Positions 48,695-57,855 of a stretch of DNA of 64,000 nucleotides are shown here, piece by piece. The DNA is taken from contig CAITNQ010000424.1 in assembly GCA_903893785.1 (NCBI GenBank), forward strand, positions 7,666 through 71,665, in the 5' to 3' direction. Both the position numbers and the translations under genes were made by a program. The notes under the pieces are model-generated. The model saw nothing but the letters and a program-made list of their open reading frames with translations. It searched no databases and had not been told where the DNA came from. The DNA is from an uncultured Gemmatimonadota bacterium (lineage in GTDB: Bacteria > Latescibacterota > UBA2968 > UBA8231). Numbering within the stretch: position 1 is the first letter of the stretch; each line of letters starts with the position of its first letter.

Positions 48695-49659
48695 CAACGG
48701 CAGACCAGTGGCGCGAGCCCCGAGGAGCGCACCGCCCGGCGCGCCTGAATCAGCCGACGTCGGCGCCAGGTCCCGGGCAGCAGTCGCAGCACGTCCCGCA
48801 GAGCCAGAAGGAGATAAGGGACGCTCCGGGGACGGTGCATGAGTAGAAGCCCCCAAACGAGTGGTTCGGCCAACAGGAAAGCAGGCAGGATGCGCAGCAT
48901 CAGGCCAGGCGAGAGGTTCTTGACCAGTGTCAGGTAACGGTTCTTGAGCACATGGCGCTGGAACAGGGGTGGCTTGTCCAAGAACCGCAAGTGCCCGGCC
49001 AGTGACCCCGAACCGACATGCCAGGCCCTGGCTTCGGGTCGGTACCGGGCGCGCCAACCCGCCAGCTGCGCGCGCCATGCCAGGTCAATGTCCTCCCCAT
49101 AAGCAAAGTACGTCTCGTCGAAGTAGCCAGTGTCAAGCCGCACTTGCTCGAGCATCGCGCGTCGACAGAGCATGACCGCGCCGGTACATCCGAATACTTC
49201 CTCGGGCGCGTCGCGGTGCGGGCTGTGCCGCAGCCGCATCTGGGGACGCAGGAAGAAACCGCCATTGAGCCATTCGCGGGTGCCTTCCTGGTACACCTGG
49301 CCTGTCACGGTACCGACAGAAGCGCCGTCGGCAAAGCCGGCGAGCGCCCGGGCGATGAAGTCGGGCGCCAGGAAGACATCGGTGTTGATCACCAGGACGA
49401 CCGCGGCGCGCCCGGCAGCAATGGCTCGGTTGTAGCCAGCGGCGAACCCCAGATTGGTCGGGTTCTCCAGCAGCAGGACGCCCGGATAACGGCGCCGCAG
49501 GAGATCGCACGAACCGTCGGTCGATCCGTTGTCGACGACGGTGATGCTGGCCAGCGGCGCCGTCTGGGCCAGCACCGAGTCGAGGCAACGAACCAGATAA
49601 TGAGCGCCGTTCCAATTCGCCAGGGAAACATCGACCGGGCCGAGACCGGCGTCGGTCAC
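48691..49659 (-). CDS. GT2 family glycosyltransferase
   Basis: NWNG, VDNGSTDGS, NLGFAAGYN, INTDV, FDETYFAYGEDIDLAWR. Confidence 0.92.
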   Translation of the reverse strand: MTDAGLGPVDVSLANWNGAHYLVRCLDSVLAQTAPLASITVVDNGSTDGSCDLLRRRYPGVLLLENPTNLGFAAGYNRAIAAGRAAVVLVINTDVFLAPDFIARALAGFADGASVGTVTGQVYQEGTREWLNGGFFLRPQMRLRHSPHRDAPEEVFGCTGAVMLCRRAMLEQVRLDTGYFDETYFAYGEDIDLAWRAQLAGWRARYRPEARAWHVGSGSLAGHLRFLDKPPLFQRHVLKNRYLTLVKNLSPGLMLRILPAFLLAEPLVWGLLLMHRPRSVPYLLLALRDVLRLLPGTWRRRRLIQARRAVRSSGLAPLVCRW

Positions 49660-51041
49660 GTGCGCGTTCTCTGGGCCGTTGCTCCACTGCGCGGCGTGGC
49701 GTCCGCGTCCGCGGCACGTAAGCCCGCGATCTCCTGCATCAACACCTGTTGCTCAGCCAGAATGCGATCGCGGTCCGGCCCCACGGCCGTGGCAAGGTAA
49801 CTCTCATAATACCGTATGGCCAGGGCATAGGCCTGGGAGGCCGCGGCGCCATCGCCGCGGGCCACGGCCAGCTGGGCCTGGCGCCAGTTGATGCGGGCTT
49901 GCCTGAACCACCAGGCCCGCTGTAGGTCGGTGACCCGGACCAGGGCCGATAGTACGGACTCGGATCCGGTCCGGCGTTGCGCCATGGCCAGAATCGCGAA
50001 CGCCCGGGTGGTGTTGGCCGCACGGTCGTCCTCGTCGACCTCAGTGCTGGCCAGATCGGTGTACAGCTTGCCCAGTTGGGTCAGGAAGCGGTCGAGCGAG
50101 CGGTTCAGGCTGACCTGTTGCGGGTCTAGCGGCAGCGCGCGCGCCGGGACCTCCTCGCGCCGGCGGCCCCGGCCGGCGGGAACCGCAGCGGCGGCTTCGG
50201 CCTGACGGCGAAGGCGGTCGAGGCGTTGGTAGCGATCGAGGGCACCGGCCTCCAGGACCCGCAGCCGCTGGGCGACCCACTCGGTCGGTTCACGGTCCTG
50301 GGCCACGGCCAATCGAGCCAGGCCCAGGTATGTCTGCTCAAGGCCCTTGAAAAGCGCGTTGAGCACGGGTTCCTGGGCATCCGCCAGGCCGTCGCTGAGC
50401 TTGAGCTCGAGGAACAACGCCACGGCCAGGTTGCCTTTGACTTCGTCGACAAGGCGCGCGGAGTCCAGTGGCGTGGCATACATGGCCTCCCGTGCCCGCC
50501 CCAGGAACAGGCCCGGGTCACGGGAGATCCGCTGGTGGTCCAGCTTCATCTGGCGCTCGCGGGCCGCAGTCAACTGCTCGCCCAAGACGAGCAGAGAGTC
50601 GTAGAAGGACTGGAGGGCAACGCCGTCCGGGACGTAGGCGAAGTTGGCGGCGAACCAGTTGTCATTGAGGTCCGCCGGCATCTGCGCGATGGCTGCTGCC
50701 ACTCGCTCCTTCAGTTGCCGCCGGGCTTCCAGCCGGGTCATCTGCACTTCGCGCGGCGCCTCGGCGGCGGCTGAGGTGACCCGAACGGGGGTCGGAGCGC
50801 TGGTGTCGGCGACCACGCCGGCAGAAACGGGGGCCGCGTCCTGAACCGCCGTGGGCTTTCGGATCGTCGGCTTGGCCGGGGCCAGTGGGTTCCGCGGTTG
50901 CTCCACCTCGACGACAGGGGCAGCGGCGTGGTGCTGCTGGTACCACAGACGCCCTCCCATGGCCACAGCCACCAGCGTGCACAGCGTCCCCAACCACAGA
51001 AAGATCGGGGAGCCTGAGCCAGGGAACTTCATCATCCTCAC
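49656..51041 (-). CDS. Hypothetical membrane-anchored helical protein
   Basis: 461 aa; N-terminal TM, Pro/Ala/Thr linker, all-alpha body; overlaps the GT2 start. Confidence 0.7.
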   Translation of the reverse strand: MRMMKFPGSGSPIFLWLGTLCTLVAVAMGGRLWYQQHHAAAPVVEVEQPRNPLAPAKPTIRKPTAVQDAAPVSAGVVADTSAPTPVRVTSAAAEAPREVQMTRLEARRQLKERVAAAIAQMPADLNDNWFAANFAYVPDGVALQSFYDSLLVLGEQLTAARERQMKLDHQRISRDPGLFLGRAREAMYATPLDSARLVDEVKGNLAVALFLELKLSDGLADAQEPVLNALFKGLEQTYLGLARLAVAQDREPTEWVAQRLRVLEAGALDRYQRLDRLRRQAEAAAAVPAGRGRRREEVPARALPLDPQQVSLNRSLDRFLTQLGKLYTDLASTEVDEDDRAANTTRAFAILAMAQRRTGSESVLSALVRVTDLQRAWWFRQARINWRQAQLAVARGDGAAASQAYALAIRYYESYLATAVGPDRDRILAEQQVLMQEIAGLRAADADATPRSGATAQRTRT

Positions 51042-51489
51042 CTCACACAGGGCCGGCCCTCGCGTGCACCGCGGTGGGCCCTGGAATACCTAATGTACCG
51101 GCCGGTAGGGAGGCCAGCAAACACCCCCGCGCCCGGCCCAACGCCCGGGACTGTGCGCCCGTTGCAGCGCCCGCCACGCGATCACCGACCGCCGCCTCAT
51201 TCAGGCTATCGGACAACGGGCCAATCACTTGACACTTTGCCGACGGAATGGGGACATTCGGGTACGTACACCGAGGCACAGCCCACGGGCCGGTGGGGTG
51301 ACAGATTCTGCCGCCTGAGGGCCGGACGCAGCGTCGGCGCGCGGCTGTCCCGGACGTCGCCCGGGGCCGCCCTCAACCATCGTCGACCCAGGAACACGGC
51401 CTAGCAGTCGGGCCCGATGTGGGCCTCAACACGCAGCGCCATCGCGCGACGAGGCCGCGTGGCGCCAGAGCCGCCGTCGGTGGGGTGGT

Positions 51490-51807
51490 CGTGCGTTGAC
51501 TGCCAGGCCTCAAGCGCGGTGCCGTCGCGCGGCAGACCCGCCAGGGGCCGGGGTGGCCTCGGGCGGGGTTGCCGTGCGTTGACTGCCAAGCCCCCACTCG
51601 CGGCTCAGGCGCGCGGCGGTTGGCGGTCGACACGGGCGGCGCACGGGCCCGGCGCCCGCTCCGAGGCAGGCCCGCCTGGTGCCGGGGTGGCCTCGGACGG
51701 GGTTGCCGTGCGTTGACTGCCAGGCCCCAACTCGCGGCCCAGGCGCGCAGCGGTTCGCGATCGACACGGGCGGCGCAAGGGCCCGGCGCCCGTCCCGAGG
51801 CAGGCCC
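51490..51807. repeat. Intergenic tandem repeat: two ~134-bp units plus a partial third
   Basis: Units start at 51547 and 51681 and are nearly identical; core CGTGCGTTGACTGCCA occurs at 51490, 51573 and 51707. Confidence 0.9.
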
Positions 51808-51812
51808 CAAGA

Positions 51813-53258
51813 ATGAAGGACCGAAAACGTATGGAACTGGCCCCGGGTGCTCGGATTCATCTGATCGCCGCGTGCGGCACCGCCATGGGGGCACTGGCCG
51901 GCATGCTGCGCGAGCGTGGGTACCGCGTCACCGGTTCGGATACCCATGTATACCCGCCCATGAGCACCTTCTTGAGCCAGATCGGCGTCTGCGTGCAGGA
52001 AGGTTTCGACGCGGACCGGCTGGAGCCCCCACCCGACCTGGTGGTCGTCGGCAATGCAGTCTCGCGGGGGAACCCGGAGGTCGAGGCCACGCTAGCCCGG
52101 CGGCTACCCTACGCCTCCCTGCCCGAGGTGCTTCGCGAGCATTTCCTGCGCCATCGGCTGCCAGCGGTAATCACCGGAACCCACGGCAAGACCACCACCA
52201 CTGCCATGGCTGCCTACCTGTTGAGCCAGTGCGGTCAGGACCCCTCTTTCTTGGTGGCGGGTATCCCCGTCGACTTCCCGCAGCCCTACCACCTTGGGGC
52301 TGGGCAGGCATTCGTGATTGAGGGCGACGAGTACGACACGGCGTTCTTCGCCAAGCACCCCAAGTTCCTCTATTACCTGCCACACACGGTGGTCATCAAC
52401 AACATTGAGTTCGACCACGCAGACATCTACGCCGACCTGGCCGAGATAGAGCGATCGTTCCGGCAATTGGTCAACATCATCCCAGCCAATGGCCTGCTCC
52501 TGGCCAACGCCGAAGACCCGACCGTTGCCGGCCTGCTGCCAGCAGCCCCCTGTCGGGTCGAAACCTTCGGGCTGCAGGACGACGCCGACTGGGGCGCGGA
52601 GAACGTGGTCACGGCATCCGACGGGATGGCCTTCACCGTACGCCACGCAGGGTCACGCCTGGGCTCATGCCGCCTTGCCCACCATGGTCTGCACAACGTG
52701 CGCAATGCGCTGGCCGCCCTGGCGATCGCCATCCATGGCGGCGCAACTGCGGAGGCCGCATTGGCGGCCGTGGGGGGGTTTGGCGGCGTTCGGCGACGTC
52801 AGGAGCGCGTCGGGACCGTAGCCGGCATCGAACTGATAGACGATTTTGCCCACCACCCCACGGCCGTGGCGGCAACCCTAGCGGCCGTGCGTCTGGCGCG
52901 CCCCGTCGGCGCGCTCTGGGTTCTGTTCGAACCGGCCAGTTCGACCAATGCCAGAGCGTTGTTCGAAGACCAATACGCCGAGGCGTTCCGCGCCGTGGAC
53001 CATTGCCTGATCGGGCGGGTACCACGGCCCGAACGGGCGCGTCGCGATCCGCCGTTCTCGCCCGAGCGATTAGCGGCTCACATCGGCCGACTGGGCGGAG
53101 ATGGCCGCTACATCCCTGAAGCTGCCGACATGGTGACCACCGTGGTCCAAGAGGTTCTGCCGGGCGATACGGTGGTGTTCATGAGCAACGGCGGCTTCGG
53201 CGGCGTCCAACGCCTGCTGCTGGCCGCTCTCCAGGAGCGCTACGGCACCCCGGCTTGA
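51813..53258 (+). CDS. mpl: Murein peptide ligase (UDP-MurNAc:L-Ala-gamma-D-Glu-mDAP ligase)
   Basis: HLIAACGTAMGALA...GSDTHVYPPMST; GTHGKTTT; EGDEYDTAFF; EFDHADIY; DDFAHHPTA; MSNGGFGG; start may be 51831. Confidence 0.93.
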   Translation: MKDRKRMELAPGARIHLIAACGTAMGALAGMLRERGYRVTGSDTHVYPPMSTFLSQIGVCVQEGFDADRLEPPPDLVVVGNAVSRGNPEVEATLARRLPYASLPEVLREHFLRHRLPAVITGTHGKTTTTAMAAYLLSQCGQDPSFLVAGIPVDFPQPYHLGAGQAFVIEGDEYDTAFFAKHPKFLYYLPHTVVINNIEFDHADIYADLAEIERSFRQLVNIIPANGLLLANAEDPTVAGLLPAAPCRVETFGLQDDADWGAENVVTASDGMAFTVRHAGSRLGSCRLAHHGLHNVRNALAALAIAIHGGATAEAALAAVGGFGGVRRRQERVGTVAGIELIDDFAHHPTAVAATLAAVRLARPVGALWVLFEPASSTNARALFEDQYAEAFRAVDHCLIGRVPRPERARRDPPFSPERLAAHIGRLGGDGRYIPEAADMVTTVVQEVLPGDTVVFMSNGGFGGVQRLLLAALQERYGTPA

Positions 53259-53273
53259 GCCGACAACGCCGAG

Positions 53274-54164
53274 ATGAAACTCTTCCGAGTGCTCCTGATC
53301 GCGGGCCTTCTGGGCCCGTGGACAGCCACAGCGCAGGACGCACGCATCGCGCGACTGGGGGCCCAACTGGGCAGCGCGGATCCTGGTCTCAGGCGCCAGG
53401 CAGCTGTGGCACTGGGTCGAGTGAGCCTGGTGCAAAGCGTCGAGTTACTGCGCCGCGCCCGTCCAGCCGAAACGAACACCGCAGTCCGCCTTGAGATCGT
53501 CCGTGCGCTGCGCAACATCGTTTTCATGCGGTACCCGGGCTACCCGCAGGCGGTGACCGCCCTGGGCGAAGCCTGCGACGCCACGCTCGAGAGCGACGAG
53601 CTCATTCGCCTGCGGGCGCTGGAGGCCATGTGGGAGGCGGCCTCTCGCGACGTTCTGGAACCGATCCCTTACCTGAACCGCGGTCTTGCTGATCCCAGTG
53701 AGCGTCTCCGCCTGGCTGCCGTGGCCATGCTCCGCAAGTATGCCGCCCCCTCTACTGTCCAGCCGCTGGGCAACGCGGCTCTCGATCGCGGCCAACCCGA
53801 TGCCGTCCGCAAGGCCGCTATCGCTGCCCTGGGGGCAGTGCCGCTAGTTGACCCGGGCCCGGCCGGCGAGGCGACCCTACGCGCCAACCAGAAGGCGGCC
53901 GAGGCCTTGGGGACCCAGCCGATCGCCGATGCGGCACTCCTGCAGCACCGACAGGAGACCCAAGTCACATACCTCGCTCGCCTGCTGCGGAACCCCCAGA
54001 CCCAGCCGGAACTGGCTCTGGCGGCAGTGCGGGCTTTGGGCCAGGTGAAGCACCACTCGGCCGTCGCGGTACTGCAGGAGGTGGCGCTGGGTTACCGCGA
54101 TGGAGCGGTGCGGAAGCAGGCCAGCCGCGCCCTCAGCCACGTGCTGGCGCGCCAATACGAGTAG
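53274..54164 (+). CDS. Exported HEAT-repeat protein
   Basis: Signal peptide MKLFRVLLIAGLLGPWTATA; repeated 'RRQAAVALG', 'RKAAIAALG', 'AAVRALG', 'RKQASRAL'. Confidence 0.8.
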   Translation: MKLFRVLLIAGLLGPWTATAQDARIARLGAQLGSADPGLRRQAAVALGRVSLVQSVELLRRARPAETNTAVRLEIVRALRNIVFMRYPGYPQAVTALGEACDATLESDELIRLRALEAMWEAASRDVLEPIPYLNRGLADPSERLRLAAVAMLRKYAAPSTVQPLGNAALDRGQPDAVRKAAIAALGAVPLVDPGPAGEATLRANQKAAEALGTQPIADAALLQHRQETQVTYLARLLRNPQTQPELALAAVRALGQVKHHSAVAVLQEVALGYRDGAVRKQASRALSHVLARQYE

Positions 54165-54430
54165 GCGCGCCTCTTCTGCGGACGCGTCGCCCCCAGCAGC
54201 GCCCACCCGCACAAGCGCCCATGCGACCCCAGCGTGCCCCCCGGCGCGTATGGCTGCTCGTGCCGGTAGCGCATGCACCCGAGACCCGGTCGGGGTCGGC
54301 GAAGCATTCCGGGCTCGCGGCCCAGCGGAGCATCGCAACAGGTACCCACAGCCCTGACAACGCGCGCCGCACGAAGAGCTGTCCCGAGCGCAGGGCTGCC
54401 GCCAGGCGGGACGCCGCCACCCCGTGTTGC

Positions 54431-54516
54431 TTGACCCGGCGGCACCACAGAGCAACGTCGCGGGCCTAAGTCCGCCTATCTTGTTTGACCCGGCGGCACC
54501 ACAGAGCAACGTCGCG
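54431..54516. repeat. Two exact 32-bp direct repeats (period 54 bp)
   Basis: TTGACCCGGCGGCACCACAGAGCAACGTCGCG at 54431 and 54485. Confidence 0.9.
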
Positions 54517-54758
54517 CGGGCCGGCCCGGCTCATCTTGTTCCAGCTGGCGGCGGCGCAGACGAGACACGCGCGTGTGGCACGGTCACGCCTCCCACGCCT
54601 TCCGCCACCCGCCTCGTCACCGAGCAGACGCTACCCGCCGCGACGGCTATGACCGCAGCCTGGTTCCAGAACCAGAGCTTGCCCACGGGGGCCCCGCCCA
54701 AGCCGACCAGTTGCCGACCGAGGTCGAGACACCACAGGCCCAACGCCAAAGGGCCGGC

Positions 54759-54791
54759 AAAACAAAAGGGAACGGGCATTGCCCGTTCCCT
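54759..54791 (-). terminator. Intrinsic terminator of the exbBDD operon
   Basis: Inverted repeat AGGGAACGGGCA/TGCCCGTTCCCT followed on the minus strand by TTTGTTTT. Confidence 0.8.
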
Positions 54792-54827
54792 CTCGCTTCC
54801 GCTTCTGTTCAGATGCTCCGAGATCCC

Positions 54828-56090
54828 TTACTGCGTGAACTGGCTCACGTTAGCGATACCACCGGGCTGCGTCAGCGCGAACACGATCAGGTTCACCCCG
54901 AACTGCAGGCCGCGCTCGCGCGCATCTGCGAACTCGTCACCCCAATACCAACTGATGTTCAGGTCACTGAAGATCACCGCGACCCGCCCACGCAGTTCAA
55001 GCAGTTCCAGAGCGAAAACATTCCCCGACGGCGCCCCGCCGCGCGGCGGACCATCCGGGAACTCATAGAAGCTGCTGAACAAGGCGTGGTTGTTAGCGAT
55101 CTTCTGCCACTTGTCGCCATCGCCGCCGAGAACCATCGGGTCCTTAATCAGATCTTTGAACTGCCGATCAAACGGGGTCCCGGCCACGCCCGCATCTTTC
55201 CCATCCAGACCCGTGTTCGGATCGCTCTGACGGATGTCCTCTGCGAAAAGGAATCCCCCTCCCTTGAGGTACTCACCGAGATTCTTCTTCTCAGTGTCCG
55301 TAATCTGCAGCGTGGCGCTGTTCCCGGTCATGTACAGGAACGGTGCCCCCATGATCTGCGGATCGCTCAACTCCACTGTGTTGCCCTGGATCCGCGCCTT
55401 GATGTCCGTATGATCGCGCATGTACCGCATAAGTTCCTCAACAGCCGTCGGGAACCTGTCTATGTTCTTGTCAGCCAGGTCATAATCGATGACGGTCATG
55501 TTGAAGTAGCCCTTGATCTTTCGCTTGTTCGCAGGATCTTGGATGATAACGGCCTGATAGCGTCCGATATCAAGATCCTGGACATTGAGCAACTCCTGGT
55601 TCAGGCTCAATGCCTCCTGCGTAGCACCGCCGGCGCCCGAGAGCTCCACCATCTTCACAGACTCAGACGTGGGCGCCATGGCCTTGCTGCCGACCATGGA
55701 CTCCAAGCCCGCCCTGTTCATGCTCCCCAGACTAGTTGGCGTTGCACCGATTACATCCGCCGCCCCGCCGCCACCAGACCCGGTTGCGAACATGTCTTGA
55801 GATAACTGGACATCCGGTGTCATGGCTGCCGTCTGCAGCATCTCCATCTGCACCTCGGAGATTTCCGGCCTTTTGGCCAACTCGAAACTCTTCTGCAGGA
55901 TGGGCCGCGGCGGATCGAAAACGACTTTCTGCACGGAATTGTCTTCTTCCTTGCCCCCCGCACGGAAGAGCAGGAAGAACGCTACAGCGTGAACCAGGAG
56001 CGACAGGATCGCTCCCCCCCGAGCCTCCTTGCGGAACTCAGGAGGGGTGAAGACCTGGTGGCCCCCTGTAACGCTCTGCCTATCTGACAT
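54828..56090 (-). CDS. DUF4159-domain protein with a TonB/TolA-like N-terminal membrane anchor
   Basis: TM 'GAILSLLVHAVAFFLLF' (SxxxH); C-terminal DUF4159-like 'PTAVEEL...PFLYMTG...EKKNLGEYLKGGGFLFAED...QFGVNLIVFALT'. Confidence 0.8.
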   Translation of the reverse strand: MSDRQSVTGGHQVFTPPEFRKEARGGAILSLLVHAVAFFLLFRAGGKEEDNSVQKVVFDPPRPILQKSFELAKRPEISEVQMEMLQTAAMTPDVQLSQDMFATGSGGGGAADVIGATPTSLGSMNRAGLESMVGSKAMAPTSESVKMVELSGAGGATQEALSLNQELLNVQDLDIGRYQAVIIQDPANKRKIKGYFNMTVIDYDLADKNIDRFPTAVEELMRYMRDHTDIKARIQGNTVELSDPQIMGAPFLYMTGNSATLQITDTEKKNLGEYLKGGGFLFAEDIRQSDPNTGLDGKDAGVAGTPFDRQFKDLIKDPMVLGGDGDKWQKIANNHALFSSFYEFPDGPPRGGAPSGNVFALELLELRGRVAVIFSDLNISWYWGDEFADARERGLQFGVNLIVFALTQPGGIANVSQFTQ

Positions 56091-56137
56091 CTCCTACCTC
56101 CAGGGCCAGGGGCCCTGAGAAATCGCTGCCCCCAGGT

Positions 56138-56548
56138 CTACCGGATGCCGATCGCTTCCACCCCGTGCTGCTTGAGAATGTCCATCACTACGATTACGCG
56201 CTCGTAGCTGGCTTTCTTGCCACCCGAGAAGATGACGTTCTTCTCCTTCTGCACATCAGGCGGGAAGAAATCGTTCAGCTTCTTCACCAGGCCTTCCTCG
56301 TTGACCTCTACCCCATTCACCTGAATCGTGTTGTTGTCGGTGACCGTGACGAGGAACTCCTGTTCCTCCTTCCACGCCGACGCCGCGCCACCCGACTGGG
56401 GCAGGTTAGCTGCGAACGAATACAGGATCACGGGAGTGATCACCAGAAAGAAGATCAGCAGCACAAGCACGATGTCCACCATCGGCGTGACGTTGATCTC
56501 CGATGAGAGCTGTCCAATACTGAATCGCTCTTTGGCCCGCTTGGACAT
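56138..56548 (-). CDS. exbD: ExbD/TolR family protein (copy 2)
   Basis: SEINVTPMVDIVLVLLIFF (conserved Asp); YERVIVVMDIL. Confidence 0.92.
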   Translation of the reverse strand: MSKRAKERFSIGQLSSEINVTPMVDIVLVLLIFFLVITPVILYSFAANLPQSGGAASAWKEEQEFLVTVTDNNTIQVNGVEVNEEGLVKKLNDFFPPDVQKEKNVIFSGGKKASYERVIVVMDILKQHGVEAIGIR

Positions 56549-56611
56549 AACTCCAATCCTTTAAGGAAGGTTGGCGCCAGTACGCAACTCGCGCGGCATC
56601 ACCCTTCTTGA

Positions 56612-57040
56612 TCAGCCTTCCTGATCCGCCTTCTTGGCCATCAGTTCCACCTCGGCAACACCCACCTGACGACAGGTGTTCATCAAGGACAAAATGTCCC
56701 CGTACTCGAGATTGCGGGCGCCCTTGAGGATCACCGGTTGGCCTTCATGGCCGCGGTAGGCCAGCAGCAACTCGCGCTCAAGCTGCGCCAGGTCCGACAT
56801 GGGCTTCATGTTAAGGAAGATCGCCCGCTCCTCGTTGATGGCCACCGTCGTCAGCTTGTCCTGGTCGCCAGTCGAACGGTTCGTCGCATGCTGGGCTATG
56901 GGAACCTCGACACTGACGCCCTGACGGATCATGGCCGTCATAACCATGTACGTGATCAGGAGCACCAACGCCACGTCCACAAGAGGCGTCACATTGATAC
57001 CTGATTGCACCTTGCCGGGACCGCCCGATCCTACTTGCAC
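56612..57040 (-). CDS. exbD: ExbD/TolR family protein (copy 1)
   Basis: SGINVTPLVDVALVLLITYMV (conserved Asp); YGDILSLM. Confidence 0.92.
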   Translation of the reverse strand: MQVGSGGPGKVQSGINVTPLVDVALVLLITYMVMTAMIRQGVSVEVPIAQHATNRSTGDQDKLTTVAINEERAIFLNMKPMSDLAQLERELLLAYRGHEGQPVILKGARNLEYGDILSLMNTCRQVGVAEVELMAKKADQEG

Positions 57041-57073
57041 GGTCGCGTCCTCCTATGTTGGCCCGGTTCTCGG

Positions 57074-57760
57074 CTACTTGCTGGTCGGGAATTCGCGCCG
57101 CAGCAAGCGCTCCACAACGCGCCCCGCCGTGCTGTTCAGTTCGACCGTCATCGCGTCGATCTGATCGGCGAAGAAATTGTACGCCCACATGGCCGGGATA
57201 GCTACGAACAGACCGACCAGCGTGCCGATCAGGGCCTCGCCAATACCGCCCGATACCGCCGCGATACCGCCCGACTCAGTCGTGGCAATCTCCTGGAACG
57301 ACCGAATCAGACCCATGATCGTGGCAAACAAACCAATGAACGGCGCGCCTGACGCGGAAGTAGCCAGCGAGACCAGCCGCTTGCGCAACTGCGTCACGGT
57401 CAGCACGATGGCTCGCCCCAGGGTGTCCTGAGCGGCTTCGAAGATGACCGCCGGCCCCTGCCCTTCCCGCGTCAGTAACTCGGCCTCCTTCAGGGACGCC
57501 AGCACGACCTGTCCCAAGAAGCAGTACTTACCGCGCGTGGGATCCGACGCCACTTTGATGACGTGCGCCATGCGGAGATTCGGGTCCTCGTTGTCCACCA
57601 ACTTAGCGAAGGCAGCCGAAGCAGCCTTACCGCGCTTGAGCACCAACCAACGTTCGAGCATGACGGCGAGCGTGTACACCGACATGAAGAGCATGAGGAC
57701 GACCAGGATCTTGGGGATGATCCCCATGTGGCCCCAGATGCTCACCAATGAAAAATCCAT
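57074..57760 (-). CDS. exbB: MotA/TolQ/ExbB proton channel protein
   Basis: LATSASGAPFIGLFAT, GGIGEALIGTLVGLFVAIPA; GGAG RBS before ATG 57760. Confidence 0.92.
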   Translation of the reverse strand: MDFSLVSIWGHMGIIPKILVVLMLFMSVYTLAVMLERWLVLKRGKAASAAFAKLVDNEDPNLRMAHVIKVASDPTRGKYCFLGQVVLASLKEAELLTREGQGPAVIFEAAQDTLGRAIVLTVTQLRKRLVSLATSASGAPFIGLFATIMGLIRSFQEIATTESGGIAAVSGGIGEALIGTLVGLFVAIPAMWAYNFFADQIDAMTVELNSTAGRVVERLLRREFPTSK

Positions 57761-57855
57761 ATACGGTCTCCTCCCTTGGGTAGGTGTCCAACGCACCTAG
57801 TGATCGGTCTACGATCGACTCGCGGTCGGGCGCCGTGCGCCTAACCGCGGGGGCC

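Noticed and set aside
51490-51722. Repeat core read as a sigma54 promoter (TGGCAGTCAACGCA on the minus strand) or as a CRISPR repeat
   Set aside because: The GG-GC spacing is 2 bp too short for sigma54, and the intervening sequences are near-identical rather than unique spacers.
54431-54516. Possible mini-CRISPR array
   Set aside because: Only two repeats, a 22-bp spacer with partial periodic similarity, and no cas genes or leader.
56138-57760. ExbB/ExbD as replacement flagellar stators for the missing MotAB
   Set aside because: The ExbDs lack the OmpA-like peptidoglycan-binding domain of MotB, the ExbB has the 3-TM ExbB/TolQ layout, and they sit in their own operon with a TonB-like partner.
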